A stretch of 64,000 nt of DNA from Felis catus (lineage: Eukaryota), in the NCBI RefSeq assembly GCF_018350175.1, contig NC_058368.1:233432001-233496000 (forward strand), read 5' to 3'. Each line of letters begins with the position of its first letter. The first letter of the stretch is position 1. The notes under the pieces are model-generated. The model did no database searches. It was not told the origin of the DNA and worked only from the letters and a program-made list of their open reading frames with translations. Positions 37,356 through 49,940 of the stretch are shown piece after piece. A program made the position numbers and the translations under genes.

Positions 37356-37728
37356 TCCAGTATTGAAACTGAAGGCTTCGGTGGCCTGAACGGTGTACTA
37401 AGGCCCGTGACATTGGGGAAAGATGGTCTACAGAACCCAGGCTGAGACAAATGCTGCTGGACAGGTGGTGTCTCAGGGTGGGGGGCCCAGCCTGCCTCAG
37501 CCCTGCGGTCTGAGATGCTCTGGTCTGTGTGTCCTACGCTGGCACATCAACTCCGCCCACCGCACATATTTAAACTTGGCGCACAAGCTCTTCGTGAACC
37601 CTCCAGCTTGTTTCCTTCAGCACAAAGGCCAAGGTCTTTCTCTCTTAGAACTTTTCACGTCACTTCTTTCTGTTTTTGCTTTAAAAAAAAAACACAAAAA
37701 GAAACAAACAAACAAACAAAAAAAACAA

Positions 37729-37980
37729 GGGGCGCCTGAGCAGCCTAGTGGGTTAAGCTTCCGACTTTGGCTCAGGTCATGATCTCACGGTTTAGGAGTT
37801 CAAACCCCATGTCAGGCTCTGTGCTGACAGCTCAGAGCCTGGAGCCTGCTTTGGATTCTGTGTCTCCCTCTCTCTCTCTGCCCCTCCCTTGCCTGTGCTC
37901 TGTCTCTCTCTCCCTCTGTCTCTGTCTCTCTCTCTCAAGAATAAATAAACATTAAAAAAGAAAAAGAAAAAGAAAAAAAA
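37729..37980 (+). mobile_element. Can-SINE
   Basis: Full body with extended CT tract and A-rich tail. Confidence 0.93.
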
Positions 37981-39415
37981 CAAATTTGGGAGAACCTGGC
38001 ATGGCAGTCCCATCCTCAAGATAACCATATAGAATGAATGCCCCTTTATTAAAGTTAGTCTTACAGGAAAGCCCACCTCCTCTAGAGAAAATGCCCCTAG
38101 AGGGGATGGCCTGGGCACCTTTGGCCATGAGGCCTCCCTTTTCCCACAATGAGGCTCTGGGAGAAGCTTCTGGCAAGTCTCCTCCGTACAGAACTATCAA
38201 TCATGCTTTCTTCTCGTCACTTCGCCTTCCAGACTAAGTCAAATCTCTCGCACCTCCGCCCTGAGCACGTTTGCGGTGACTTCTCTCCCTTAGGGCTTTG
38301 CGAGGGGACACTGCGCCTTGTGTCCTGGATGTCAAGCACATGCTGACACTGCCCAGCCCTTAACAAAATGCTTGATAAATGAGTAAATGAATGAATACAT
38401 GAAAATACGCATATAAATCACGGTTTCCTGCCCACTGCAGAAAATGACAGAATGGTACGTCAAGTCTGGAGTCTCTGTGGAATCCTCAAGTGGAAATTCA
38501 AAGACAGAAGACCATCATATGAAGGCACGAGAGCAGGTGATGAATAAGGTCTAACAGAATGGGAATGAATCTCGTTAAAAAATATATGCAAAGCAGCTTC
38601 CATTTAAACACTTCCCTTTTGGCTTTTGAGTACAGCAGGACATTTCTCCCTATTTCGCTTCCGAAACGTGTTGGGAAAATTACAACACAAGCAGTTACAC
38701 CGACATCAAATATCACCTTAGAATAAACCTACGTTAAAACATGAAGGCGGTCGCTCCGCATGTATTTGAATACGAAATGATACAGTACAAACAGACAATC
38801 CGAAGGCCACCTCGACAAAAATAAAGCCAAGCCAACGATTATACTACCTAATGATTGCTTCAGTAGGAACACTCTAAAAGGTGGACACAAAGGTAGTTTA
38901 AGAAGGTACGGGTCCTGTGGGAAGACATGCTGAGGCTCGTTTTAGACGTGGGTTTTCTATTATTACTGTGATTACGGTCATGGGCTACACGTGGTCAGGA
39001 ACAAGGTGTTCTCTTTCTTCTGATGTTATGTTTTCTTCTGGTGGGTCACAGAGTAGTAGGTGCTGTTTCCTCTGGTTGAACGAATATATCCTTCCACCCA
39101 TATCACACGTCATCAGACTCCACCCTGGGTTTTAGCTGCCAGATTCCACGTCATCATGTTTCTCGGTTCGTGATGTGTTGAGGTTTCGATTGGGGCAGAA
39201 TTGAGCCTGACTTTTATACTGCTGTTGGTGCCAGGCAGAGCAGAGCATTTGTCTGGGCATTGCTGGCGTGTCCTGAGTGCTCCAAGACAGGGGGGGGGAG
39301 GCTTTCTCTATTTGGAGCACAATGAGGGGCTCCAGACACGTGTTAATTGAACACGTTAGCATATGTGAATTACGGCTCTAGTCCAGTCAAGATAACTTTA
39401 TTGTCATCTCTGCAA

Positions 39416-39416
<1 letters not shown>

Positions 39417-39462
<46 letters not shown>
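39417..39462. repeat. (CA)n microsatellite, about 23 units
   Basis: Direct observation. Confidence 0.97.
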
Positions 39463-39466
<4 letters not shown>

Positions 39467-40431
39467 ATGTACACATACTATACACTCATGAGAGTCCTTC
39501 ATAAGCTGTGTAAATATTCTAAAACGAATGCTTATAAGGAACAATCTAGAAAAGGCACACAGTTTTTAAAGCTGTGTAACGTAATTCTGGAAGCAGGGAG
39601 TTTAGGTGAAAACCATTCGTACTTTTCATGACTCAACTTTCATGATAAAAATCGTGGAAAGTTTTCCGTTACGTCTTTTCATCTGGACCTACGGATGTGC
39701 TTGCTACAATTTAAATTAAAAACCCTTTTACTCAGTGTCTAATGGGTACCAGGCACCATACTGTCACCCATCTTTTTCCTTCCAGGAATTCAGCCATGAC
39801 ACATGGACCCACGGAGAATTTCAAGGCCAATGAATGTAGTTATTATGTCCAGGCACCTTCTTTACATGGTTTCCCCTGCATCTGTCTCCTAGACCATTTA
39901 AAACTACACTGGCAACTCACAGACTTCACAGACTGAATGCCATTTTGTCCCCCAAAGAACCCTTCATCTTCCCACTGCTGCCACAAATTCAGAGTCTAAT
40001 GCTCAAAACCTCTCTTCGACAACGGAGAACGCAGGTACTTCCACGTTCCCTGATTTTTCAGCGGATAAATGCATTTTCAATAGATACAGTCACATAATCC
40101 AACTCAGATTTTCCCAGAGGGCATTCCTATCGGTCTTTAAAAAATCTTACTTACTGACCACATTTCGCTCTGATTTTTCTGTGTTTACATCTCATGTTGT
40201 TTATCAGTAATCTACTTGGAGAGGATTTCTTAGGCAGGGATTAAAATTTTTCTAATTGACGGAAGCTGTTATTAAGGACAACTGAGGTGAAATCGAAAGC
40301 CTCTAAAGGAATGGCTTTGTCATGGTAAGTATCACAGAGTTTCAGGTAAAATTCTTGGAAGGCGTGACATGATTTCCACATACTAGGGTTTGAAATAAAC
40401 GTGTGATAATTTAAGGTTGAGAAGTACTCAC

Positions 40432-40512
40432 TTTTGTGCATTAATTCCATCAATTGCTTGAATCATCCTTTCATTTAATTCTTCCTCAAATCTCTTCTTT
40501 TGCGACTTGGTT
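40432..40512 (-). CDS. ADCY2: ADCY2 exon ~12 (81 bp): TKSQKKRFEEELNERMIQAIDGINAQ(K)
   Basis: Acceptor ttcacgtag|, donor |gtgagt; peptide in ORF 40428..40619. Confidence 0.97.
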
Positions 40513-42619
40513 CTACGTGAAAAGGGAAATATTATGATAGAGATTATGACTAAACCGAATACTAAGTCCATTTTTCTGTGATGCCAAAACCTCTCTTTCA
40601 TTCTGCCCATTGAATTCAAAAAAAGGCAAAATGAAACAAGAGTCTATGAGCAGCCTTTACTCTATTTGAACCACTCTGCCGATTGAGTGAACAGACTAAA
40701 GTTTTTTGGTGCAATAAATGTTGCCTCACTTTTCACTTACAGCGAAACAATACCAGGCGTTAAAAAGCCACGCTGAAAGATATGTACTTGGTGTTTACGA
40801 TAAAAGAACTTTCTGTCCTAGGAGATGCATTAGCCCTTGACCTATTGCCTTTGTAAACTTTATTTTATGACAGAACACCCTGGTTTTGGAAATTCCCCTG
40901 TAAAAATCTGGTCTGGATGAAGAAAAAAAAAAAGAAAAAAAAGCTATGCCTTGTCCATGTTTCCCTTGGTCAGTTTTCAAAAATTTGCAGAAGTACAGTC
41001 TTCCTTGAGGCATATCAAAGCTTAATGGGATGCATGTAAATCTTCCTCAGTATTCGAAAGCACAGTTCACGGGAAAACCCCACATATATCTGCAGACACT
41101 CACTTGGTCTTAGAAGAAAATAATCTTTAAAAAAAAAAAAAAGAAGAAGAAAATAATCTTCAGCCATAATAAAGGATGCCTTGTAAATACATTAAGTCAA
41201 AAGAATGTGTTCTCTGAGTTAATCTGACCATTAGCATAAGAATGATATAAAGGAGAAAACCAAAATAATCCCTATTTTCTAGAAGTTAAACAGTGGCGGT
41301 ACCGAGTGAAAGCACAGGGGAGCGTCACCAAACTGGCCTGACCCAGCCTGTGCACCGCATCATCAAGCCACCCCGTCCAAAGTGGAGACAGCACTAGGCT
41401 TCTCTGTGCTCCGGCGGGTTAAAAAACTCATTGGATGGGCCTCCTATTCTGGAAGAACAGTAACTCCTCTGATTTCAGACAAGAATAGCATTACGTATTC
41501 AATGTCACGGCTAGCGGTAATTAAATCTCATGGAAGTATCATGGACCAGATGGATGGGCCTTCCCAACTCATCCCTGTTTGTGGGTTGGTGTCCTCAGGT
41601 CCTGCCTTTTTTAAACAGGCCCAGGGCATCCCTGCTCCAAGAGCAGAATGATAGGAGGCGATCTGCCCCCAGACAGGAGCAAACGAAGAAGTTTTAGCAT
41701 GCCAGATTCTCAGCTGTTGAAGAAGGCAAATTAATTTTTACCCTTCTTTTTTAAAGAGCAAGATACTTAGCAATCATCTAAGATGGTTCATTCTCGCTTC
41801 CAGGCAAGGAGCTGCCTTCAGTTTTCTTTTTAGCAGCGCTATGCTTAGGCTTGACTTTGCGGACTTCAATTTGGTGTCTGTTCTTTATCACAAAGTCTCA
41901 CTGAATCGAAGAATAGTGGAGGTACCTGGAGACTCACAGGAAAATGTCACCCTTCAATGCTACGCCCCGGGGCTAACAACAGCACTGCCTCTGTGGATCT
42001 GTTTTAGGATTCGTTTACATAATATACAGCACTCAATGCAATAAAGGTAGCACATGACGTAGCCGATAAATGCATATTATTACACAATCCTCTGTATTTA
42101 CTGGTTATCTGGATAATAATTCTTAACACACAGTTTCCTTATCTCTGTGATTTTGTGATCTCTGCTATGGCAAATGATAGGATACCCCTGGAGGTGAGAA
42201 TCTACCACTAGGAGCTCTTAGTTTGTCAGCTAAGGCTTTGTTTCCCAGACTTCAGGCATTTCTGACTCTCCAGTCTGTGTTCTGTCACTGCCCCCCTCCC
42301 TGCTTTCCAATCTCCCTCCATCCTTTCTTCTGAGCTCTTTCCCCAACTGACCCACTCCCGTGCCGTGGCTACTGTATCTGAGGATAGAGTGTGATCTCAG
42401 ATAATGTTCAACACCAGGTGATGCCGACTCAGTAGCCAGGCTGAAGGCGCAGAGAGATTTTAAAACATAGGCCACTTCAGGAAGCCAGGACACGTGAAGA
42501 CAGCCTAGTTGAGTCCGATTTGGAAGTGGAGCTCTCTGTGAGGCCCTGGGGCCACCAAAGATCCAACCACCACAGAGGAAAGTGGAGTCAACACGGAAGA
42601 GGCTCCTAGCAAGGCAGGC

Positions 42620-42840
42620 GTGATAGAAGAGCGGTGGGGAGCGCAGAGTTTGGGGTCACAAATCTGGGCCTCGCCTCTTCCAGCCGTGTAGCTCTGGGCA
42701 TTCTCCTAACCCCGCTCGCCTCTATTTCCTCCCTTCTCAAATGGTAATGGCATAGCGTCTACGCTGGAGTCACGCTGTAGGGATGAAATTAGATTCTCCG
42801 TATGCCTGGTACAGATCCAAATGATGGCTTATTATCATTG
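42620..42840 (+). mobile_element. MIR relic
   Basis: agccgtgtagctctgggcattctcctaacc...ctctatttcctccct...gtagggatgaaattaga resembles the MIR core. Confidence 0.6.
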
Positions 42841-44020
42841 TCTTCCAGACAGCACTCGTCCCGGAAACCACTGCCCACCCACATCGTATTGGCACTGCAC
42901 GAGGGATTTCCTGCTTTGATTTCAGTAAACAGACCCTTGAGGCAGAGCCGCAGGGAGGACGAGACAGATCACAGAAGGAATACGGACTCTAAAGTGAAGA
43001 CACCTAAGAAATTTCCGTGGACAGTTCCTCGCTGATGCGCTAGCATCTTACTGGCTTGATGAGTCACGCCTTCTCAGGGCATCTTACGGGGTCCATAATA
43101 TTTCCAAATTAGCTCAAGTTGTCTTTAATATGGCACGTGCCACTTAAAGAATGCTTCAAAAGCCCAAGAACCCAATATCCTTATAACATAGGACTCTGAG
43201 TATTAGATCTCAATATTACAATTTCAAATTTTCCCCCAAAATACAAATTAGAGCTCATTCCAACAAATAAAGTCACAGAGATGATTCTGGAATAAGGTCA
43301 CTGTTTGCAAGGAGGTGGCAGGAAACAATCTAATTGTGTTTACTTTTACTTGGATATAATGCATTTTCTACAGAATAAATAGACTTCTCTGTGGGGAAAG
43401 AAAGGCTGACTTAAGTTTTGGGCTTTTCATGAATTATCCTAATGACTTCAATAAGAAATATTTAACTCCCCCAACCCACACGGATGTGAAAAACTGAACC
43501 CCAAAACCAGAGGAACATGAAAAAGAGTTAGTGACTGTGATTGTGTGGTTGATGGCGACAGGGGACCTGTGGACACTTGGGTGAACCTTTTTTCTTTTTT
43601 TTTTTTGAGCAGGTCGGGCAGGCCTTATTTTCACTATAGAAAGGCTGGCTTTCTCTTGCTTTTATCTCCAAGATTCCACAGATACGAAAATGTAATTTTA
43701 AGCAACATACTCATTTTAAGAAAATTCATTTTTTTTTACTACATATTAATGTTAAGAAGAGTCATTTTTTGAGGAAAACAATTTAAAGTTCTAAGGTATT
43801 TACCAGGTGCCTTTTTCCATTTCGCTCTTTTAGACCTAGTAAAGTCACATCAATAATTACATTTTTAGAAGCTGAAAACAATCAAATCGAGCTTTTCACA
43901 AGCAGCTGCTCTTTTTAGAAGTGGCCTTCAGAGTTACTCTAATTGATGATAATTACTTTCAGAAATATTAAAAAAAAAACCCAAGCCTTTAAAAATCAAA
44001 AAGTGGGACAAATAACATAC

Positions 44021-44064
44021 CTTAAGGTACGGTTTTGAAAATTATGCTGACCCATTGGCACATC
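44021..44064 (-). CDS. ADCY2: ADCY2 exon ~11 (44 bp): DVPMGQHNFQNRTL(R)
   Basis: Poly-T tract then aaatag|, donor |gtatgt; bridges the phases of exons 10 and 12. Confidence 0.96.
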
Positions 44065-44421
44065 CTATTTAAAAAAAAAAAAAAGTTATTAGTTTCCAAA
44101 AACATGCTTTAAAGAATGATCTTTCAGTGATGATCATTTATAACATTATTTCTCCTTTTATCATGGAAAGCATCATTTAGGTAACAAATAATTACCCCTG
44201 TGGAGAAGAATAGGTTAATTACAAATGTGAAAAGGATTAAAAGCTGTTTATACTTGGAATGCCGGTGTCATCTATAAACTCTGGATGTTAGAACTATCAG
44301 AGTTGTTGTCTGGAACTTTAAAATTTACATCCTGATATTTGCAGGTACGATTTCCCACAAGGGGCCTCAGGCAACTGCCGTTAGAGTTACTGCAGACAGC
44401 TTACAATCCTGTGAAAATGGA

Positions 44422-44435
44422 GTCTGACGTCAGAC
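44422..44435. promoter_or_regulatory. Candidate full cAMP-response element (TGACGTCA) within 14-bp palindrome GTCTGACGTCAGAC
   Basis: Motif match only; no functional evidence. Confidence 0.3.
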
Positions 44436-46541
44436 AGGTACTCAAACGTTCTTGAAAACACACACATCACCACAAAATGTACAGTCCAGCGTCATGCCCG
44501 AACTGGGCTGTCAAGAGACGGTGGCCTCGGTCAACTATGCAACAGCATGACTCACTGATTGAAAAGAAGAAATCCACACCCAAGTGTGCCAGCAGTTTCT
44601 GAAAAGGGACTGGGAGAGAGACACTGGTCAGGGTTTATCAGTGGGGGACCCACTGCCAAATGTTCAGTAGACTTACGAAAACCCGGAAGACCCCCTTTTA
44701 TACATTTGTGGTGGAAATTAAAATAAAAGTTGAGACAAAGCTGCTCCAAGTGGCTCCAAAGAAACTTTTCTTGGCTGCTTTATCTACAGCATTAGATTAG
44801 GAAACATAGGTAGCCTAGGGAAAGGTACGGTATATATATATTTTTAAAAATAACTGAACTCCAAGTTTTATTACGTAAGGTAAAATAATGCATTATTTAC
44901 CAGCGCTATCAATGTTGAATCGGGAGTCAATGGTGTTCTGCAGAGGGGATTAGATAAAAGAAATAACTTTTGGCAATGATACTGTCTGACCCTGGAATGT
45001 ATTAATAAGAATGACCGTGGGGTCTTTCTCAAAGTGGGTAAGGGATATAGCCAAGCTGTATCGTGAACTGTAGACCCTGAACTTGCTTCTCATTCCTTCC
45101 GCAACTAAAACCTTAGCATAACAGGGCATCGCTCTCCCCTGGCGCCCTGAACTCTTGGTCTATTACTCCAAAGCATTAATTATGCCATGCCCTTTCCTGG
45201 CTGAAGATCCTCTGATGACCTCTCACTACACTTAGAATGGATTCCGCACAATGACCTCAGTGCATCTCATCCTTGATGACCTCTGTTCCTTACTGTTGAT
45301 GAAACTAACTGCCACATCAGCCTCCTCTCTGCCCCCCGAAGACTTCAACTCATTACTATGTTGGGGCCAGTGGATTGATCTTCTCCACCTCCTCTCCAGT
45401 TTACTGCTCTCTTTCTCTGAGACAACCCCAGAGTCACCACAAAGACATCTCCTTCCCAAAGACATCTCCATTTCATTTTCATCATCATCGACCTCAGCAG
45501 CAGTGGAGATGATCTTGTTGGTTGCCTGGTTTCCAACTTAGGGTCTCTTGCTTCCCAACAGACTGGAAACTGCTCTTGGACCTGGCAGTTTCCCTGGTTG
45601 ACCGATGGGTGTGATCTTCTGTCAGATCACGTTTACTTGTTAGTTGGGAAAAAACACCAAGGAAGTTGAGAGGAAAGATATAACCAAGTCAAAACAAGTA
45701 CGTGGATCTGGGGGCCTTGGGTGTTGTCACTCTGAGCTGCTGGGAGTTAGGGAGCACAGGGCAGATGGGGAAAGTTCGCGGCTGCCTAACAACCTGAGGG
45801 TTATGTAACATTCCATTTTCTTTTCTGCCTCAACTGCATCCCTTGTACAATTAACTCCATCGTATGTGAAATTTTACTCAGAGATCATTCTAAAATCAAA
45901 CGTCATTGCGATTATTCTAAGTGCTTCGCCGTATTCAGTTTTCTGGCCCCCTGTGGGTCTTTCTATTTTCTCTCTGCATTTCAGCCATCTTATTGAGAGC
46001 GTCCCTGTTGTAAAGCGCTTTGGCACTTTATTATCTGTCAGAAGTTGGGAGTGACATAAATCAGGAGCTACAACAATAGAATGTTCACTGCCCCTGACCC
46101 AGCTTGAACATTTCCACAATGAAAAGACAGTCTGGATGCTGTGTTTCAAACCGCAAGGGCATGATGCCTTCATTTGTTCTTTTATTAGGATGCGCCGGCT
46201 TTCTTACTTCCTGAGAGCAAACAAACAAACAAAATACCGCCACAAAAAGTTCAGTTGTATTTAGTTGCTAATAAGTGAGTTAAATAACAAGTAAGCAAAC
46301 TGGTCCTGGGTTACAGAGTTATAACATAATATCACTCTGGTTGAACCCCTTAGCAAGGTGAGCCTGGCACTCATTCACACCTCGACAGCTGTTTCTAAGG
46401 GGTCTCTTCAAGGAGGAGAAGGGGTTAGGCTTGTTTCACTGCAGACCAGTTATTCTGACAGGAGATGCCCAGCCTTCTGGTTTAGGAAACTAGCTTGGGT
46501 CTGGCAACGCGCCTGCGCTCTGGAACACAGGGAGAGCTCAC

Positions 46542-46715
46542 CGTGGTGCTGATCTTGCCATTCTCCGTGGTCATGCTATCTCGGTGATGCAGGTGTGCAA
46601 AGGGCTTGGCTGCTCCCCAGGACTCCAGGTACCGGGTCATGCGGACGGAAGCCCTCATCTTGGCTCCATCGAGGGTGTGGCGAGGTCTGAAGAGGTGAGG
46701 ACTCCGTCGTTCCCC
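46542..46715 (-). CDS. ADCY2: ADCY2 exon ~10 (174 bp): GERRSPHLFRPRHTLDGAKMRASVRMTRYLESWGAAKPFAHLHHRDSMTTENGKISTT; C1b with PFAHL motif
   Basis: Acceptor ccccaag|, donor |gtgagc; PFAHL is the G-beta-gamma-linked motif of group II adenylyl cyclases. Confidence 0.97.
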
Positions 46716-48086
46716 CTTGGGGTGAGAAACAAAGCATTACACGTGGCATACCAAAGGGGCAAAACTTCTCCTTCCTGCCCCCTCGCCCGGACTAAGCGAT
46801 TCCTCCCACATCACCCCCTCACTCCCCGTGGCTTCTGTCCTCACTCCTTCAGTGTGACTGGTTCCCAGTGTTACAAGCTGCTTGAGCTGAGTGATTTTTT
46901 TTCCCCAAATAGCAAAAGATAACTGTAATTTAAACTTAGGAAAAAATAAGCCATTTTCATGGGCATTTTTATAAAGTAAATTCTTAAACCAGATAGGCTG
47001 ATCTGTTTCAACTTTTTCTTGATGACTGTGGTTTCCTAAAGTGACAGGTGTTAGAGAGTGGGGCTGTTTTATGATGCTAAACGGTCTTACTCATCTGTGT
47101 TCTGGTATTCTTTGCCTGAACACAATGTTCTTTGTACACATTTATTTATTTGATTCCTCCCTCTGCCTATCGCCCCACAGGTCTTCTTGACTGTCACTCG
47201 TCTGTCTCCAAATCAACTGTCAAGTTAGCTGCAAGTGTCTTCCCAAAAGGGAGCCCAGAGTTTCAGGGAGGTTACCATGAGTGAACATCCATACCCTTGA
47301 TCTTGTTGATTTTGTTTCTTGCTGATATATTGCACCTACCAGCTGTGTGACATAAGAGAAGTTACATAACCCCTAGGAGCTGCAGATTCTTAGTCTGCAA
47401 ATAGCAGTGACATTCATTGGGCAGGAATTTGAGAAGGGCTGTGAGAAATGAGAGCTCCAAGCCCTTGCTCTGGCCTGACACTTGGTGTGAACAGAGCAAG
47501 AGACAGCTCCTAACTTTCTTTCTGGGTGGCTTGGACGGTCTTCCAGGTAACGGAGGATTTTATCGCATCCAAGTTCACCTTGTCTGCACATACATGTACT
47601 CACACGAACGCACCTGTGACATTTAGTTGCCCATCTTTTAGGTATTTCTTCCTTTCCTTCTTCTTATATGTTCAGCCTACTTCATCTCATTAGATTTTTA
47701 TCACCTGAATTCCTGAGCAAAACCTTCTGTCTTTATATAATTTCCCAACTGCCAGGGTGGGCACACTGAGGGACTTTCAGGAGCATCGTGGACTAACTTA
47801 TACATTGACTAACGCTGACTAACACCTACAACCTGTCATATAGACAGTAATCTCATCACACAAGCAAGCATTTTTTTCCCAATGGTTTCTTTAATGTTTT
47901 AACTTATTAGAAAACGTGTTCCATAATTAAATGGCTGCATGCATTTACAGTAATTTTAGAGGCAAAGACTAGTAGCACAGTAAACTGATTCTCGACTAAA
48001 AACACTTACCTGTATCAGTAATTTGCCCTTTTCCCTTTTAAATCACAGAAGTCATAGGCTAATTATAGACTCTTTACAGTACTGAC

Positions 48087-48219
48087 CTTGGGGTTGATTA
48101 CAAAGTAGGTTTTCACCAGGTGCTGTTTTAAATATGGGTCTCTGATGTCACCATCTCCTTCCTCCACTTTATAAGCGCCATTCAAGTGTTCCAAGGTGAC
48201 AGAAGAAATGTGAACACGT
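48087..48219 (-). CDS. ADCY2: ADCY2 exon ~9 (133 bp): RVHISSVTLEHLNGAYKVEEGDGDIRDPYLKQHLVKTYFVINPK
   Basis: Acceptor tttcag|, donor |gtcagt; peptide visible in ORF 48063..48431. Confidence 0.98.
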
Positions 48220-49061
48220 CTGAAATTCCATTTTAAAACCATATCAAGATAAACATGGATACACATGAAGATTTTTCTGTTTACTTGTGGTGTCAGAAAT
48301 AATACCTTCTCCCCCCACCCTCCTGCCCCAGTGAAGGAAAGGTTGTATAAGGCTGTATGTTCTTGGTAAAATTGACTGTAAGGTTTATATTTTATGAAAT
48401 GGGGCTCTGGATAGATGCTCACAGAGGTCATGAGATATTAACATTTGGAGCTTCTCTGCATTTACGGAACCCTGCACGGTGGGTGTGGTGAATTACACCC
48501 AATAAAACTCGATCATATTGAAGTTTTGTGTGTGAGGATATTTTTGGAAACATATGCCAGAGGCATTTTCGGGAGTATGCTGATCTACACACAAGTATGG
48601 ATGACTTAGTTCCATGCTCCCCACGCTTCTCCAAATGATTGCACTTGCATCAAAATCCTCTTGTCTGAAACATGCTCTTCTAGCCACAGGTAGCTGCTAC
48701 CTCGTCCTCATTTCAATAGTACTGGTTTCAGAGGTCATTGGTCAAGAGAAATGCCATTGCACTGCATTACAAAACATCTTTCCCTCTGGGTACTATTTAC
48801 GAATTTGCAAATAAAAATAATTTAGGATCTGATATCCAGAGTCTTTTGACCATGGGTCATGGGGTGGTGGAATTGAGTGAGACCTGAGAGTTCAAGTTTA
48901 TCGGATTAACGTAGGAGATCACTAGGGCAGGAATAACATGCTACTAACGGACGCAACAGAAGCCGTCAGACATGAGCAGTCAATCCCTTGTTAATCTCTT
49001 GCCGATCATTCATTTCTAATCATGCGCACAGCGTGAAGAGAGAAATCCAGTCCGGCCTTAC

Positions 49062-49220
49062 CCAGGAACCCCTCCGGCTTCCATGTGATTGGCTAAGGTA
49101 ACGTCATGTGACCACACGTCATACTGCCACTTCTGCAGACCGATCACGCCGCAGAGGACGTTCCCAGAATGCACTCCGACGCGCATGTTGATATCCACGC
49201 CGGTGGCGTCCCTCACTTTC
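49062..49220 (-). CDS. ADCY2: ADCY2 exon ~8 (159 bp): [52 protein letters not shown](G)
   Basis: Acceptor ctttag|, donor |gtaagg; MRVGVHSG and [12 protein letters not shown] cyclase motifs. Confidence 0.98.
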
Positions 49221-49729
49221 CTAAAGACAAGGCAGGCAACGTCACCATCCGGGGATATCGTCCTTCCTGTAACTCTTGGCCAATTTTCAGGGCATTTTAT
49301 TACTCAGAATTTCTCAGACTGCTGGAAATACAGTCCTGACTTCTTCCCGGGGCAGAAGATTGCAGCTCTGAGCCAAGAGAAAGGGCGTTTTCTTCCTGAT
49401 TACTCCCAGACTACACCAAAAGCTCCCAAGCTGTGGCTCTCCAGCCACATCAGGCCAGACTGTCAGCACTAATGTAACCTTTTGGCTGTAACTTCTACTT
49501 TTTCAACAAATATGTGTATCAGGCACCTGTCACGTGTGGACACCTGCTCCGAATTTTCACCCTAGGATCGTGTGACATTGCCTCGTATTGTCAGAAACAG
49601 TCTGAGATGCCATATAGGATTCTAGCACTCAGCACAATGTACACCTCCAATGAATATTTTCTGTCGATAAGGGATAATATGGCTTATTTAATAAGCCTAA
49701 TAATGACTTCAGCCTGAATAGGAATTTTT

Positions 49730-49940
49730 TTTTAATTTTTTTTTCAATGTTTATTTATTTTTGGGACAGAGAGAGACAGAGCATGAATGGGGGAGGGGCA
49801 GAGAGAGAGGGAGACACAGAATCGGAAACAGGCTCCAGGCTCTGAGCCATCAGCCCATTGCGGGGCTCGAACTCACGGACCGCGAGATCGCGACCTGGCT
49901 GAAGTCGGACGCTTAACCGACTGCGCCACCCAGGCGCCCC
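49730..49940 (-). mobile_element. Young SINEC_Fc-type SINE with a short internal deletion
   Basis: TSD ct[g/a]aataggaattttt. Confidence 0.96.
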
